DNA of 64,000 nucleotides, from IMG/VR virus record IMGVR_UViG_3300025872_000037, positions 64,088 to 128,087 of that record, one strand, 5' to 3'. The translations under genes were made by a program, and so were the position numbers. Origin of the DNA: a virus. Position 1 is the stretch's first letter. Every line of letters starts with the position of its first letter. Of this stretch, positions 15,227-24,285 are shown in pieces. The notes below the pieces were generated by a model. That model saw only the letters and a program-made list of their open reading frames with translations, searched no databases and was not told the origin of the DNA.

Positions 15227-16326
15227 TGAAACTACCCACTTTGTATTCTCGCACCTCAACTGGTGCGGTGCAGGAATGGACCATTGAGATCAATGGTGAC
15301 AAGTACCGCACGACTTATGGCCAAACTGATGGCAAGAAGCAGACGACAGAGTGGACAATAGCTAAGCCCACTAACGTCGGGCGTTCTAACGAGCGTGATG
15401 GCGCTGCGCAAGCAGAGTTCGAAGCTCGTGCTGTCTGGAAGAAGCGTACTGAGCGCGGTTACTACGAGGATGTCGCTGACATTGACAAGCCGCCTTTCAT
15501 TGAGCCGATGCTAGCTCAGAAGTATGAGGATCGCAAGGACGAGATCGTCTTCCCTGTCTGGAGTCAGCCGAAGCTCGATGGCATTCGGTGTATCTGTACT
15601 CGTCAGGGTATGTTCAGCCGTAATGGCAAGAAGATCGTTTCTGCTCCACATATTCACGCATCGCTGCAGTCATTCTTTGACAAGCATCCGGATGTTATTC
15701 TGGACGGTGAGCTGTATGCTGACAAGCTTGCTAATGACTTCAACAAGATCTGCTCGCTCGTCAAGAAGCAAAAGCCTACCGAAGCTGACCTCAAGGAATC
15801 AGCACGAGCAATCGAATACCACATCTACGATATAGTAGATACTGGAATGACGTTCTCAGAACGCTACCGCTGGCTTGAAGCAAATCTGCCTTTCGGTGAT
15901 CGGAATAAGCAAATTCGGCTGGTTATGACTGTAGAGGTGGTGCACGAGAAAGAGCTCGATCATATCTACGGCAGTTACATTGAGGATGGTTATGAAGGCC
16001 AGATGGTTCGCGTAGATGCTCCGTACGAGCAGAAGCGCTCGAAGAATCTGCTCAAGCGCAAGGAGTTTCAGGACGCAGAGTATCAGATCAATGAGATCGG
16101 CGAAGGCGAAGGCAACCGTACCGGTATGGCTGGATTTGCGATACTTGAGAACAAAGACGGTAGTCTGTTTCGCTCGAACATCAAGGGTAGCCATGAGTTC
16201 CTTGCTGAACTGTGGAATGACCGCGAGCGCGTCATCGGTCAGAAAGCTACCGTGCAATTCTTTAATCTGACACCTGATGGTGTTCCGCGTTTTCCCTATG
16301 TCATCGCAATCCGCAACTATGAATAA
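15226..16326 (+). CDS. lig: ATP-dependent DNA ligase
   Basis: PMLA, QPKLDGIRC (active Lys), LDGELY, YEGQMVR, LLKRK, PRFP. Confidence 0.95.
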   Translation: MKLPTLYSRTSTGAVQEWTIEINGDKYRTTYGQTDGKKQTTEWTIAKPTNVGRSNERDGAAQAEFEARAVWKKRTERGYYEDVADIDKPPFIEPMLAQKYEDRKDEIVFPVWSQPKLDGIRCICTRQGMFSRNGKKIVSAPHIHASLQSFFDKHPDVILDGELYADKLANDFNKICSLVKKQKPTEADLKESARAIEYHIYDIVDTGMTFSERYRWLEANLPFGDRNKQIRLVMTVEVVHEKELDHIYGSYIEDGYEGQMVRVDAPYEQKRSKNLLKRKEFQDAEYQINEIGEGEGNRTGMAGFAILENKDGSLFRSNIKGSHEFLAELWNDRERVIGQKATVQFFNLTPDGVPRFPYVIAIRNYE

Positions 16327-16546
16327 GACACCATCAGTTACCGATCAGCCTATTTTCAAGCCTAAGATGGTCGGGCGTGAAGTCATCATGGAGGACATCA
16401 TTGCTGCCCATATTGCTTTCTATGAAACGTTAGAAAAACGTGGAATTAAGTTTGCATCGAGAGAGGAAGATGATAGATTCTATGATAGCATGAGGCTCTT
16501 CCTAGAGGAGAGTTTTAATTGGCCCGATTATGGCAACTACAACTAA
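16319..16546 (+). CDS. Hypothetical protein
   Basis: ATG overlaps the ligase stop region. Confidence 0.55.
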   Translation: MNKTPSVTDQPIFKPKMVGREVIMEDIIAAHIAFYETLEKRGIKFASREEDDRFYDSMRLFLEESFNWPDYGNYN

Positions 16547-16754
16547 CAAATACCAACTCACACTTGACGACGAAGCTGCAGATCGCATCGTAATCTGTTC
16601 TTTGCGCGAGTCAATTGACACACTCGAGCGCAGCATTAATAAGATTACAAGCCGCAAGAAGCTGACTGCATACGACAGAATGGCGCTCGTGGAAGAAATG
16701 GATGATCTATCTGCGCTGCAGAAGGTGTATAATTACTACGGAGGCAATCTATGA
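16530..16754 (+). CDS. Hypothetical protein
   Basis: 74 aa, overlapping operon. Confidence 0.6.
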   Translation: MATTTNKYQLTLDDEAADRIVICSLRESIDTLERSINKITSRKKLTAYDRMALVEEMDDLSALQKVYNYYGGNL

Positions 16755-17335
16755 GCCCAGAACTAGACAAGAAACTCTGCGAGAAATATCCTAAGATTTT
16801 TATCAATCGCAGCAAGTCACCACAGGAGTCTTGTATGTCCTGGGGCTTTGAGGTCGGCGATGGTTGGTACGATCTGCTAGATACTCTTTGCGAGGCATTG
16901 ACATACACCTACAATACCTCTGTTGAGGTTGATGAAGAAGATGGCAAGCTATTTGGTATTACTCCGTACAACCATCTTATGGGTAAGCAGAGTTACTATT
17001 ATCGAGTTGAAGCACCTCAGGTTGTTGCAGATCAAGTTAAAGAAAAGTTTGGTAGCTTGCGCTTTTACTATCATCTAGAATTTGATAAAGAAAATGCTCG
17101 TCTAGAAGAAAAGTATCCTGATCTTAAAGAGGTCAACAAGCGGTATAGAGATTATATAGATGGTGTAGTTCACTTTGCAGAGATTGCATCTGCGAGAACT
17201 TGTGAAGTTACTGGTGCTCCCGGCCAGCTTCATGTCCGCAATGGCTGGTTTAAGGCATTGAATACCGAGGTTGCAAAGACAGAAGCATATGCTGACTACA
17301 AGCCATACATTCCAAGTAAATATGAAGAAGCTTAA
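16751..17335 (+). CDS. Conserved phage hypothetical protein
   Basis: GFEVGDGWYDL, QVKEKFGSLRFY and S.RTCEVTG motifs. Confidence 0.75.
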   Translation: MSPELDKKLCEKYPKIFINRSKSPQESCMSWGFEVGDGWYDLLDTLCEALTYTYNTSVEVDEEDGKLFGITPYNHLMGKQSYYYRVEAPQVVADQVKEKFGSLRFYYHLEFDKENARLEEKYPDLKEVNKRYRDYIDGVVHFAEIASARTCEVTGAPGQLHVRNGWFKALNTEVAKTEAYADYKPYIPSKYEEA

Positions 17336-17531
17336 GATCGAAAAGAAACACTTGGCGGACATCGAGTTTGTCCGCGCAATGATTGACCACCACAATAAGT
17401 ATACCGATATTCTGGTAGATCGTATCGCGCAGCGCATAGGTATTACCAGCGAGCAAGAAAAAGAAATTCTTTCGGATCATGTCTATAACGGATCAGATTG
17501 GACAGTCGAGATCATCGAGGATCAGAAATGA
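17322..17531 (+). CDS. Hypothetical protein
   Basis: ATG at 17322 within ORF 17271-17531. Confidence 0.55.
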   Translation: MKKLKIEKKHLADIEFVRAMIDHHNKYTDILVDRIAQRIGITSEQEKEILSDHVYNGSDWTVEIIEDQK

Positions 17532-17692
17532 GTAACGGCAAAGGATCTAAACCGCGGCCATTTAGCGTTTCGCAAGATGCCTTTGCTGCTAATTGGGATT
17601 CAATTTTTGGGGTGAAGGATAAGTCTGTACCTTCTACCCAACACACAGACACACAGACACAACCCAAAAAGAAAAGGAAAAACAATGGCTAA
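17528..17692 (+). CDS. Small conserved phage protein
   Basis: MSNGKGSKPRP...NWDSIFG motif. Confidence 0.65.
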   Translation: MSNGKGSKPRPFSVSQDAFAANWDSIFGVKDKSVPSTQHTDTQTQPKKKRKNNG

Positions 17693-17915
17693 TACTGGTA
17701 AAAATGCTTACGAGATTCGTCTCGAGGTTCTTCAGCTCGCTGTCGCACAGGCTGACAGCGCGTACTTCACTCAACTTGATCTTGCCCGTCACCTCGCTGG
17801 TGATGGCAAGGGATACGAGATCCCAGAGGACAAGCGCGTCCGTGAGGCTCTCAAGATCGCCAAGAAGCTCTACGCTTTCGTAGAGGGTGAAGGTGAAGGC
17901 GAAGATACCGAATAA
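17685..17915 (+). CDS. Conserved T4-like hypothetical protein
   Basis: KNAYEIRLEVLQLA...AKKLYAFV. Confidence 0.7.
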   Translation: MANTGKNAYEIRLEVLQLAVAQADSAYFTQLDLARHLAGDGKGYEIPEDKRVREALKIAKKLYAFVEGEGEGEDTE

Positions 17916-17926
17916 TACTTTGCGCC

Positions 17927-18928
17927 CTACTGTAAGGTAGGCGCAGATGGTGGAGGTGAAGGCGGAGGTACCGTTGTTGGTGCTTCCGCCTTTTTCTTTG
18001 CAAAGTGTGGTTTGCCCTTCGGATCTAATAGCACCATTGCAAGCACGCCCAATCCCATCACTGTCGCAACAACCCAGAACGGAATTGTGGCAGCGACATA
18101 TGACAGGCCAAGCATTGCAATACCAGAGACAATAAACGTCGGTGATTTCATCAGGAATCCGATCAGCAGCAGTAGAATACCCACGCCCAGCAGTGCCTTA
18201 ACAATCCATCCGACCATCTCAAGACGCTGCTTTTCTTTTGCAATCTCGACAGCATCTTTAGCTTCTTTAAGCATTCGTTCACGTTCTGCAGCTTGTTCTT
18301 CCTGAATCTTTTTTAGCGCAGTCGCTTGATCCATACGAAGCTTTACCTTTTCTGCTTCCTTCTTCTTGACAAGCGCATCGGCTTCCTCATAGCGTTTAGC
18401 AGCAGCTTGCGCCTCTTTGGTTTTTGCTTCGTACTTCTTTGTAATATCGACGAGTTCCTTCTTAACATCTTCCAGTATTTCTGCATCGATTGCTTTCTTC
18501 TTAGGATCAGGCACTGGCATTAGCATTTCCGCGTTTTCCTTGGCCTTGAGATTTGCAATCAGTACTCGCTTGTCGAGACCTACTACCTCTTCTGTAGCAG
18601 AAATGATGCCGTAGTTGATCTCTGAAATCTTGTCGAAATTCTCGTTGTCTACCTTTTCGCGTGCTGCATAAGCCGCTGCTAACTCCTGGCGAAACTTTTC
18701 GTATTGTGCCTCGAGTGCTCTGCGCGCTTCAGCTTCGCGCCGAGCAATTTCTGTCATACGATCCACTGCGCCTGCTGTTGCCGTTGCGCCTGCGACAGTA
18801 CCCGAGGTGTCGCCATTATTCTTATTGAGTCGATCACCTAGCGACCCTATCTTACTTCCTAAACCCATCAGCATTTGGCAACCAGTGAGCAAAAATAGTA
18901 AAGGTAATACTGCAAGTAATCGCATCAT
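17927..18928 (-). CDS. Lipoprotein with long coiled coil and C-terminal TM helices (spanin-like topology)
   Basis: LLFLLTG-C lipobox, about 200-aa charged helical region, 3-4 hydrophobic segments, Pro-rich tail. Confidence 0.75.
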   Translation of the reverse strand: MMRLLAVLPLLFLLTGCQMLMGLGSKIGSLGDRLNKNNGDTSGTVAGATATAGAVDRMTEIARREAEARRALEAQYEKFRQELAAAYAAREKVDNENFDKISEINYGIISATEEVVGLDKRVLIANLKAKENAEMLMPVPDPKKKAIDAEILEDVKKELVDITKKYEAKTKEAQAAAKRYEEADALVKKKEAEKVKLRMDQATALKKIQEEQAAERERMLKEAKDAVEIAKEKQRLEMVGWIVKALLGVGILLLLIGFLMKSPTFIVSGIAMLGLSYVAATIPFWVVATVMGLGVLAMVLLDPKGKPHFAKKKAEAPTTVPPPSPPPSAPTLQ

Positions 18929-18935
18929 TCCGAGC

Positions 18936-18947
18936 TATTTATAAATA
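18936..18947. promoter_or_regulatory. Overlapping divergent T4 late promoters
   Basis: Palindrome TATTTATAAATA gives TATAAATA on both strands, 7 nt from each divergent ATG. Confidence 0.8.
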
Positions 18948-18954
18948 GACCCAC

Positions 18955-19530
18955 ATGGAGAATATTGCTAAAAGTGAATGCGGCAGAGTCCATGGGCCTA
19001 ATTGGCTCAAATGGATAGGACATCTTAAGGGTAAGCCCAACATTGTTGGCATGGAACTTGGCACTTTTCAGGGTGATTCTGCTCAATGGTTTCTTGACAA
19101 CATCTTTACTGACCCTACTAGCAAGTATATCTGTGTTGATCCATTCACAGGATCAGTCGAGCATTCTATCGCAAGAATTGACTGCACGAAGAACGAGTCA
19201 ATCACCCGCGAAAAGCTCAAGCAATATTCTAATGTCGTCATTCATACAGAGTATTCAAATCAGCTGCTCTGGGGTAGCAATCTCCAGCTTGATTTTGTTT
19301 ACATCGATGCTGCGCACGATGCAATGAACGTGCTACGCGATGCAGTACTTTCATTTGAAATACTAAGGCCGGGTGGCGTGATAGTATTTGATGACTACAG
19401 CTGGCGCGTAATGCCGCGAGACATTGATTGCCCAGGAGTAGCAATTGATGCATTTGCCACGTGCTATGCGGATCACATCGAATTTCTAGGAAAAGGATCG
19501 CAATACGCGATTCGCAAACTCAATAAATAA
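18955..19530 (+). CDS. Class I SAM-dependent methyltransferase (Methyltransf_24-like)
   Basis: ELGTFQGDS, CVDPF, DFVYIDAAH, LRPGGVIVFDDY. Confidence 0.85.
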   Translation: MENIAKSECGRVHGPNWLKWIGHLKGKPNIVGMELGTFQGDSAQWFLDNIFTDPTSKYICVDPFTGSVEHSIARIDCTKNESITREKLKQYSNVVIHTEYSNQLLWGSNLQLDFVYIDAAHDAMNVLRDAVLSFEILRPGGVIVFDDYSWRVMPRDIDCPGVAIDAFATCYADHIEFLGKGSQYAIRKLNK

Positions 19531-19536
19531 ATCACT

Positions 19537-19791
19537 ATGGTCGCTACAATTCTTAAAGTACTTGCCGCAGAAACTTCTGTTGGAACCGCTGGATCCACGC
19601 TAAATGGTCATCAGCTTATTCGCGTTTACAATAGCACTGCGAGCGATGTTTTGGTCACAATTAAAAATGCATCGGATGTTACTACTGGTAGCTTTACGCT
19701 AAAGACTTACACCGAAGCATTTGTTCGCAAAATGCCTGCCGAAAGCATTTCTGCTTCTGCCACAATTAAAATGGCTCCGGTTTCTTTCTAA
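19537..19791 (+). CDS. Small beta-rich hypothetical protein, probably virion-associated
   Basis: 84 aa in a late operon. Confidence 0.6.
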   Translation: MVATILKVLAAETSVGTAGSTLNGHQLIRVYNSTASDVLVTIKNASDVTTGSFTLKTYTEAFVRKMPAESISASATIKMAPVSF

Positions 19792-19792
19792 T

Positions 19793-20383
19793 ATGGCAGC
19801 CGACAAAAATTACGAGTCGCACGCTGGAGAAAACGGCACTGTGATTGAGAACCGCGTCTTTCCAGATACTGGAATCAACGCACTTGATTACTCAGATATT
19901 CTGAAGTTCTCGAATAGCACAAACTGTGTTGTCGAGGGCTGCACAATTCATGGCGGCAAGGAAGATTGTATCGATGTGGTGCGTGGCTCAAACTACAAGA
20001 TCTTCAACACCACTCTGATTCCGTTTCATAATGGAATCACGCTGAAGGGATCAATTGATGGTGTGCTGCTCGACAACGTGCTATTTGATGGTCATGGAAA
20101 AGACTGCGATATCGACATTGGTCAGTTTGACAATTACTGGTGGATCGGTCGTGCACCTACTCGCAACGTCACACTCAATAATCTTAAGTCCACGGATGGC
20201 AAGCCAGTGATCGTTCGTCTTTGGGATGCAGCTGTTCCAACTATCACGAATTCAAACGTGAAGATCATTAAGGTGCCGAAGCTGCTTTGGTGGCCATACT
20301 TTGTCTTCCGTGCTGCTCAGACGCGCGGATATAAGAACGTTGCAAAGCCAGTAGATTCAACTACCTTCATCAAGACCAAGTGA
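19793..20383 (+). CDS. Parallel beta-helix (pectin-lyase-like) protein
   Basis: CVVEGCTIHGGKEDCIDVVRGSN, GITLKG repeats; ATG at 19793. Confidence 0.65.
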   Translation: MAADKNYESHAGENGTVIENRVFPDTGINALDYSDILKFSNSTNCVVEGCTIHGGKEDCIDVVRGSNYKIFNTTLIPFHNGITLKGSIDGVLLDNVLFDGHGKDCDIDIGQFDNYWWIGRAPTRNVTLNNLKSTDGKPVIVRLWDAAVPTITNSNVKIIKVPKLLWWPYFVFRAAQTRGYKNVAKPVDSTTFIKTK

Positions 20384-21129
20384 ACATTCAGGTTCTGATC
20401 CTCGCCTTTAACGAGGAAACTATATTACCCTACACGCTGCGGCACTACCGCACGTTTGCAGACAAGATACTAGTTTACGATGCATTCTCGACAGACAATA
20501 GCCGTAACATCTGTCGAGAATACGGAGCAATAGTGCAGGATTGGAAGACTGATGGTCTAAATGATGCGGTAGCAAAGCATATCAAGAATACCGGCTGGAT
20601 CAATAACCACAAGTCAGACTGGGTAATTTGTGTAGATGCAGATGAGCTGATCTACTTTCCAAAGGGTGTTCAGTATACGCTCGAGCAGTACGATTCGCAA
20701 AAGCTAGGTGTGATCAAGCCATATGGATTTGAGATGTTCAGCGAAACAATGCCCACTACATCTGGTCAGATTTACGATGAGATCAAGATGGGTGGTCGCG
20801 ATGATAAGTGGTATGGAAAGCCAGTACTGTTCTCGCCCAGACGACTACGCAGCATAGATTTTTCTGCAGGTGCTCATACCTGCACTTGGATCGACATTGA
20901 TGGAAATGATCGGCAGTGTCCATCACCAGAGGTTGAACCACCAACATACTTATTGCATTATCACCACATCGGGCCAATCGAAAGAATTGCAGCGCGTTAT
21001 GACGCCACTCGTGCTCGTCTATCTAAAACAAATGTGGACAATAAGTGGGGAAATTTTGACCCTGGAATAAAACACGCGCAAGATAAGCGTAAAGCAATAA
21101 GCAAAACGCTCCATCAGGTAATAGCCTAG
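20380..21129 (+). CDS. Glycosyltransferase family 2
   Basis: AFNEE, VYDAFSTDNS, WVICVDADE (DxD), LLHYH. Confidence 0.85.
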   Translation: MNIQVLILAFNEETILPYTLRHYRTFADKILVYDAFSTDNSRNICREYGAIVQDWKTDGLNDAVAKHIKNTGWINNHKSDWVICVDADELIYFPKGVQYTLEQYDSQKLGVIKPYGFEMFSETMPTTSGQIYDEIKMGGRDDKWYGKPVLFSPRRLRSIDFSAGAHTCTWIDIDGNDRQCPSPEVEPPTYLLHYHHIGPIERIAARYDATRARLSKTNVDNKWGNFDPGIKHAQDKRKAISKTLHQVIA

Positions 21130-21146
21130 GTAATAGCTCAAGAATC

Positions 21147-21154
21147 TATAAATA
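21147..21154 (+). promoter_or_regulatory. T4 late promoter heading the curli/cyclase operon
   Basis: TATAAATA. Confidence 0.7.
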
Positions 21155-21183
21155 TGGATGACGCCTCACCCAGCGTCACCTTT

Positions 21184-21342
21184 ATGGATTCAAAATCTCC
21201 AGCTGAAGAAAGAGCAAAGAAAATAGCAATTCAGTCGATTGCCTATCAAGGCGACCGAGTGTTAGATGCTATCTATGCTCTTGTGATTGGCGCAGCAATG
21301 GGATTTACTTTGGGTTTTATGGTTTCAGCATTACTTACCTAA
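21184..21342 (+). CDS. Small protein with C-terminal TM segment
   Basis: ORF 21154-21342; the first ATG overlaps the promoter, so 21184 is preferred. Confidence 0.5.
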   Translation: MDSKSPAEERAKKIAIQSIAYQGDRVLDAIYALVIGAAMGFTLGFMVSALLT

Positions 21343-21343
21343 T

Positions 21344-21604
21344 ATGAGCGCAAACGAAGATCCTATTTTTGATTTTGGATTTACAGCAGTTGACGAGAAC
21401 GAACTGGAGGTCACAAAGCAAGTTGATGTGGCGTACCAGCGCGTTGCCGAGCACGAGGACAAGCTTAATCGGCTTTATAATGCAATACTTCCTCTCCTAC
21501 AGAATCTAAAGAAGAACCCAGAAAAGGAATACATTAAGTGGCCTAATCGCGTCAAGAAGGTAGAGGAGTTTGAGACATTCATCGCCAAGATCATCACTGA
21601 ATGA
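21344..21604 (+). CDS. Conserved T4-like hypothetical protein
   Basis: FDFGFTAVDE...ILPLLQNLKKNPEKEYIKWPNR. Confidence 0.75.
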   Translation: MSANEDPIFDFGFTAVDENELEVTKQVDVAYQRVAEHEDKLNRLYNAILPLLQNLKKNPEKEYIKWPNRVKKVEEFETFIAKIITE

Positions 21605-21885
21605 ACTTCGAGACCTTCAAGTCAATAATGGATTTGGGCTTCTCGGTAGCCGCAGTGGCTGTCGGCGGAGTCTTCATAGTGATCTTACTGAAGTACATCC
21701 TGGCCGGAGTTGTTTCAGATGTGGAATCGCTCAACGGTCTGGCTACGATGTTGAACAATCGTATTCGTACCATGAATAACGATCTGATTAGGATTGACGC
21801 TCTTGTATCCTCGCGCTTTGGTCTGAGAGTCGATCTAGAAAGATTGGCGCGTACTGACGGAAAGACCGATGCAAGAAGAGATTAA
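21601..21885 (+). CDS. Membrane-anchored coiled-coil protein
   Basis: N-terminal TM; RIRTMNNDLIRID. Confidence 0.75.
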   Translation: MNFETFKSIMDLGFSVAAVAVGGVFIVILLKYILAGVVSDVESLNGLATMLNNRIRTMNNDLIRIDALVSSRFGLRVDLERLARTDGKTDARRD

Positions 21886-22225
21886 TACTTTTAAAAATGC
21901 AGTAAACCAATACGGCCTGCCCATCATGGCTGCGGGCGGCATGGGATACTTCATTTACTTCGTCTGGAAATTTGTGACTGAAAATATCAACTCGAAGCTA
22001 TCAGAAGCAAAGAAAACGATGATTGCTCTGATCGATAGAATCCGTATGCTCGATAACGATCTGATTCGTCTTGAGCAAAAGATCAATACTGCTATCGAGG
22101 TACAACGCGGCGAAAATCCAATAAGCCGCACAAACCCTCCAATACCAAAACCGGATGAAACAAAACCGCAACCAGTCATCAGACACGTGGATGCTTCTAA
22201 CTCTAGCAATAATCCTGTTTCTTAG
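21869..22225 (+). CDS. Membrane-anchored coiled-coil protein, paralog of the previous gene
   Basis: N-terminal TM; RIRMLDNDLIRLE. Confidence 0.75.
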   Translation: MQEEINTFKNAVNQYGLPIMAAGGMGYFIYFVWKFVTENINSKLSEAKKTMIALIDRIRMLDNDLIRLEQKINTAIEVQRGENPISRTNPPIPKPDETKPQPVIRHVDASNSSNNPVS

Positions 22226-22655
22226 CATAATGCCATCTTGTGTCCGTGGATCGGACATGGTGCATTCGTTTAAGTCTCCAGCATTCAACGGTATCGGGTA
22301 TTCATCTCATGTTTTTACTCAGGAGAATTTAGCACGTACTCGAAAGCAGACAATTAAGGACGTTGCGAAGGCAGAGGCAGAAAATCTTAAGCTTGCAGGG
22401 CAGAATACTCCGCTGAATAACTTCATCGTTAATCTTCAGGCAAGAATCTACTCGCAGCTTGCATCTCAGGTTACCGACGAGATCTTCAATGCATCGGGTG
22501 CTACTTTTGGCGTTATCAATTTGCAAGGTGGAGCAACAGTAACATGGAATAGAGCAGGGGATTTTGTCACTCTGTACATCGTCGATCCTTCTACAGGAAA
22601 TACGACTTCAATTCAGGTGCCAGTAGGATCGCTAGGCACTCCTCCAAACGGATGA
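22155..22655 (+). CDS. csgF: Curli assembly protein CsgF-like
   Basis: Signal peptide then MVHSFKSPAFNG (CsgF F-x-NP-x-FGG-like), F..NLQARIYSQL, TTSIQVP; start may be 22191. Confidence 0.8.
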   Translation: MKQNRNQSSDTWMLLTLAIILFLSIMPSCVRGSDMVHSFKSPAFNGIGYSSHVFTQENLARTRKQTIKDVAKAEAENLKLAGQNTPLNNFIVNLQARIYSQLASQVTDEIFNASGATFGVINLQGGATVTWNRAGDFVTLYIVDPSTGNTTSIQVPVGSLGTPPNG

Positions 22656-23467
22656 TACGAGCGCTGATAGCAATTACGCTGGGGCTGTCTTTAGTTGGCT
22701 GTGGCTCGCTGCCGAGATCGCCGCGCATTATCGAAGCGCCGTTGGCTCAACAGTCACCATTGCAGAAGCAACTCAATTCTCTGCCAACAATGGATGGCAG
22801 CCGAATCACGATTGCTGTCTATACATTTGCTGACAAGACTGGACAGAGAAAAACAGTTGATCAGTATGCATCCTTTTCTTCGGCCGTTACTCAAGGTGCA
22901 GAATCATGGTTGATCGATGCACTCAGAATTGCAGGACAGGGCAAGTGGTTTCAGGTTCTAGAACGCGCATCTCTGGACAATCTTATCAAGGAACGGCAGT
23001 TGATCGCGCAGACACGAGAATCCTTCTTCGGTAAAGAGGCCGAAAAACTATCACCACTACTTTTTGCGGGAATCATCGCAGAAGGCGGGATTATCGGATA
23101 CGACACTAACGTACTGACAGGAGGAGCCGGTGCCAGCTTACTTGGAATCTCTGGTAGCACTCAGTACCGCAAAGATGTAGTTACTGTTTCGCTTCGATTC
23201 ATTTCAGTTCAAACTGGCGAGGTCCTACTGTCTGTGGCTGTCACAAAGACAATCACAAGTGTCGCGACCTCCGGAAACCTTTTTAAGTTTTATGAGCATG
23301 GAGTAACTCCCGCAGAATCGGAAATTGGCCTGACTGCAAACGAACCCAACACAATTGCGGTTCGCAGTGCTATTGACCAGGCTGTGATTGAAATCATATA
23401 TCAGGGAGCCAAAACTGGATTATGGAAATTCGTCACAGCTAACAACCAACCCACAACCGACAAATGA
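22652..23467 (+). CDS. csgG: Curli secretion channel CsgG
   Basis: LVGC lipobox, IAVYTFADKTGQRK, FSSAVTQGA, WFQVLER..LDNLIKERQLI, EGGIIGYDTN. Confidence 0.92.
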   Translation: MIRALIAITLGLSLVGCGSLPRSPRIIEAPLAQQSPLQKQLNSLPTMDGSRITIAVYTFADKTGQRKTVDQYASFSSAVTQGAESWLIDALRIAGQGKWFQVLERASLDNLIKERQLIAQTRESFFGKEAEKLSPLLFAGIIAEGGIIGYDTNVLTGGAGASLLGISGSTQYRKDVVTVSLRFISVQTGEVLLSVAVTKTITSVATSGNLFKFYEHGVTPAESEIGLTANEPNTIAVRSAIDQAVIEIIYQGAKTGLWKFVTANNQPTTDK

Positions 23468-24270
23468 AGACCTCAGTCGTAGCACTCACACTGCTTCTGC
23501 TCTCAGCTGCGACAGCACTGGCTCAGAATCAGATATACATAAATCAAATAACAACTGGTGGAAACACCACGCTCGTTCAGGTTGGAAGCCTGAACAAAAT
23601 CGGCACTTCGGCTGCAGCCCAAAGTGACATCACTGGAGATAACATCGTGTTCGAGATGCGCCAAATCGGCAATAGTAATGACACGAAGTTCTCCATTGCT
23701 AGCGCCAATAATCTGAAATTACTGACAGTTGCTACTGGCAACAGCAACACTCAACAGTATTACTTCAGCGGCGCCAGCAACAATGCAAACATACTGCTGA
23801 ATGGAAACTCAAACAAGTTCTTACTCAATGGAGATACCTCGGTGGATCACACATCGAATAGTGATACCACTAAGGCTACCTTCACCAATTCGGACCTTAT
23901 CTTCAACGTTCAAGGTAATTCCAACGACCTGCGCTTTGGAATTAGTTCAGGTAAATACAACTACCTGGACTACTCGATCACTGGTGACTCCAATAACATC
24001 AAGTCCACCCAAATCGGAAACCCAGGAGGCGCTGCTGCAAAAACTGGTCACGAGCAGACCGTTGTGCTTACAGGCTCAAGCAACAACCTGACAATCTATC
24101 AGGCCGGACTTGAAAAGCAGACTCTGAACTACACGATGACTGGATCGACAAATAACGTGCAGATTGTTCAGACAACTGCCGGTTATGCTCCGATTATGAC
24201 TACAAATGGAACGAATGGACCTACTGGGCCATCACAGACTACAAATTCAATTACTCCTCCAGGAAATTGA
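23464..24270 (+). CDS. Curlin-like (CsgA/CsgB-type) repeat protein
   Basis: Signal peptide; repeated x-Q-x-G-x-x-N units (NQIYINQ, VQVGSLN, RQIGNSN, VQGNSN, TGDSNN, TGSSNN). Confidence 0.7.
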   Translation: MKTSVVALTLLLLSAATALAQNQIYINQITTGGNTTLVQVGSLNKIGTSAAAQSDITGDNIVFEMRQIGNSNDTKFSIASANNLKLLTVATGNSNTQQYYFSGASNNANILLNGNSNKFLLNGDTSVDHTSNSDTTKATFTNSDLIFNVQGNSNDLRFGISSGKYNYLDYSITGDSNNIKSTQIGNPGGAAAKTGHEQTVVLTGSSNNLTIYQAGLEKQTLNYTMTGSTNNVQIVQTTAGYAPIMTTNGTNGPTGPSQTTNSITPPGN

Positions 24271-24285
24271 TTTAGTCTTTAGATT

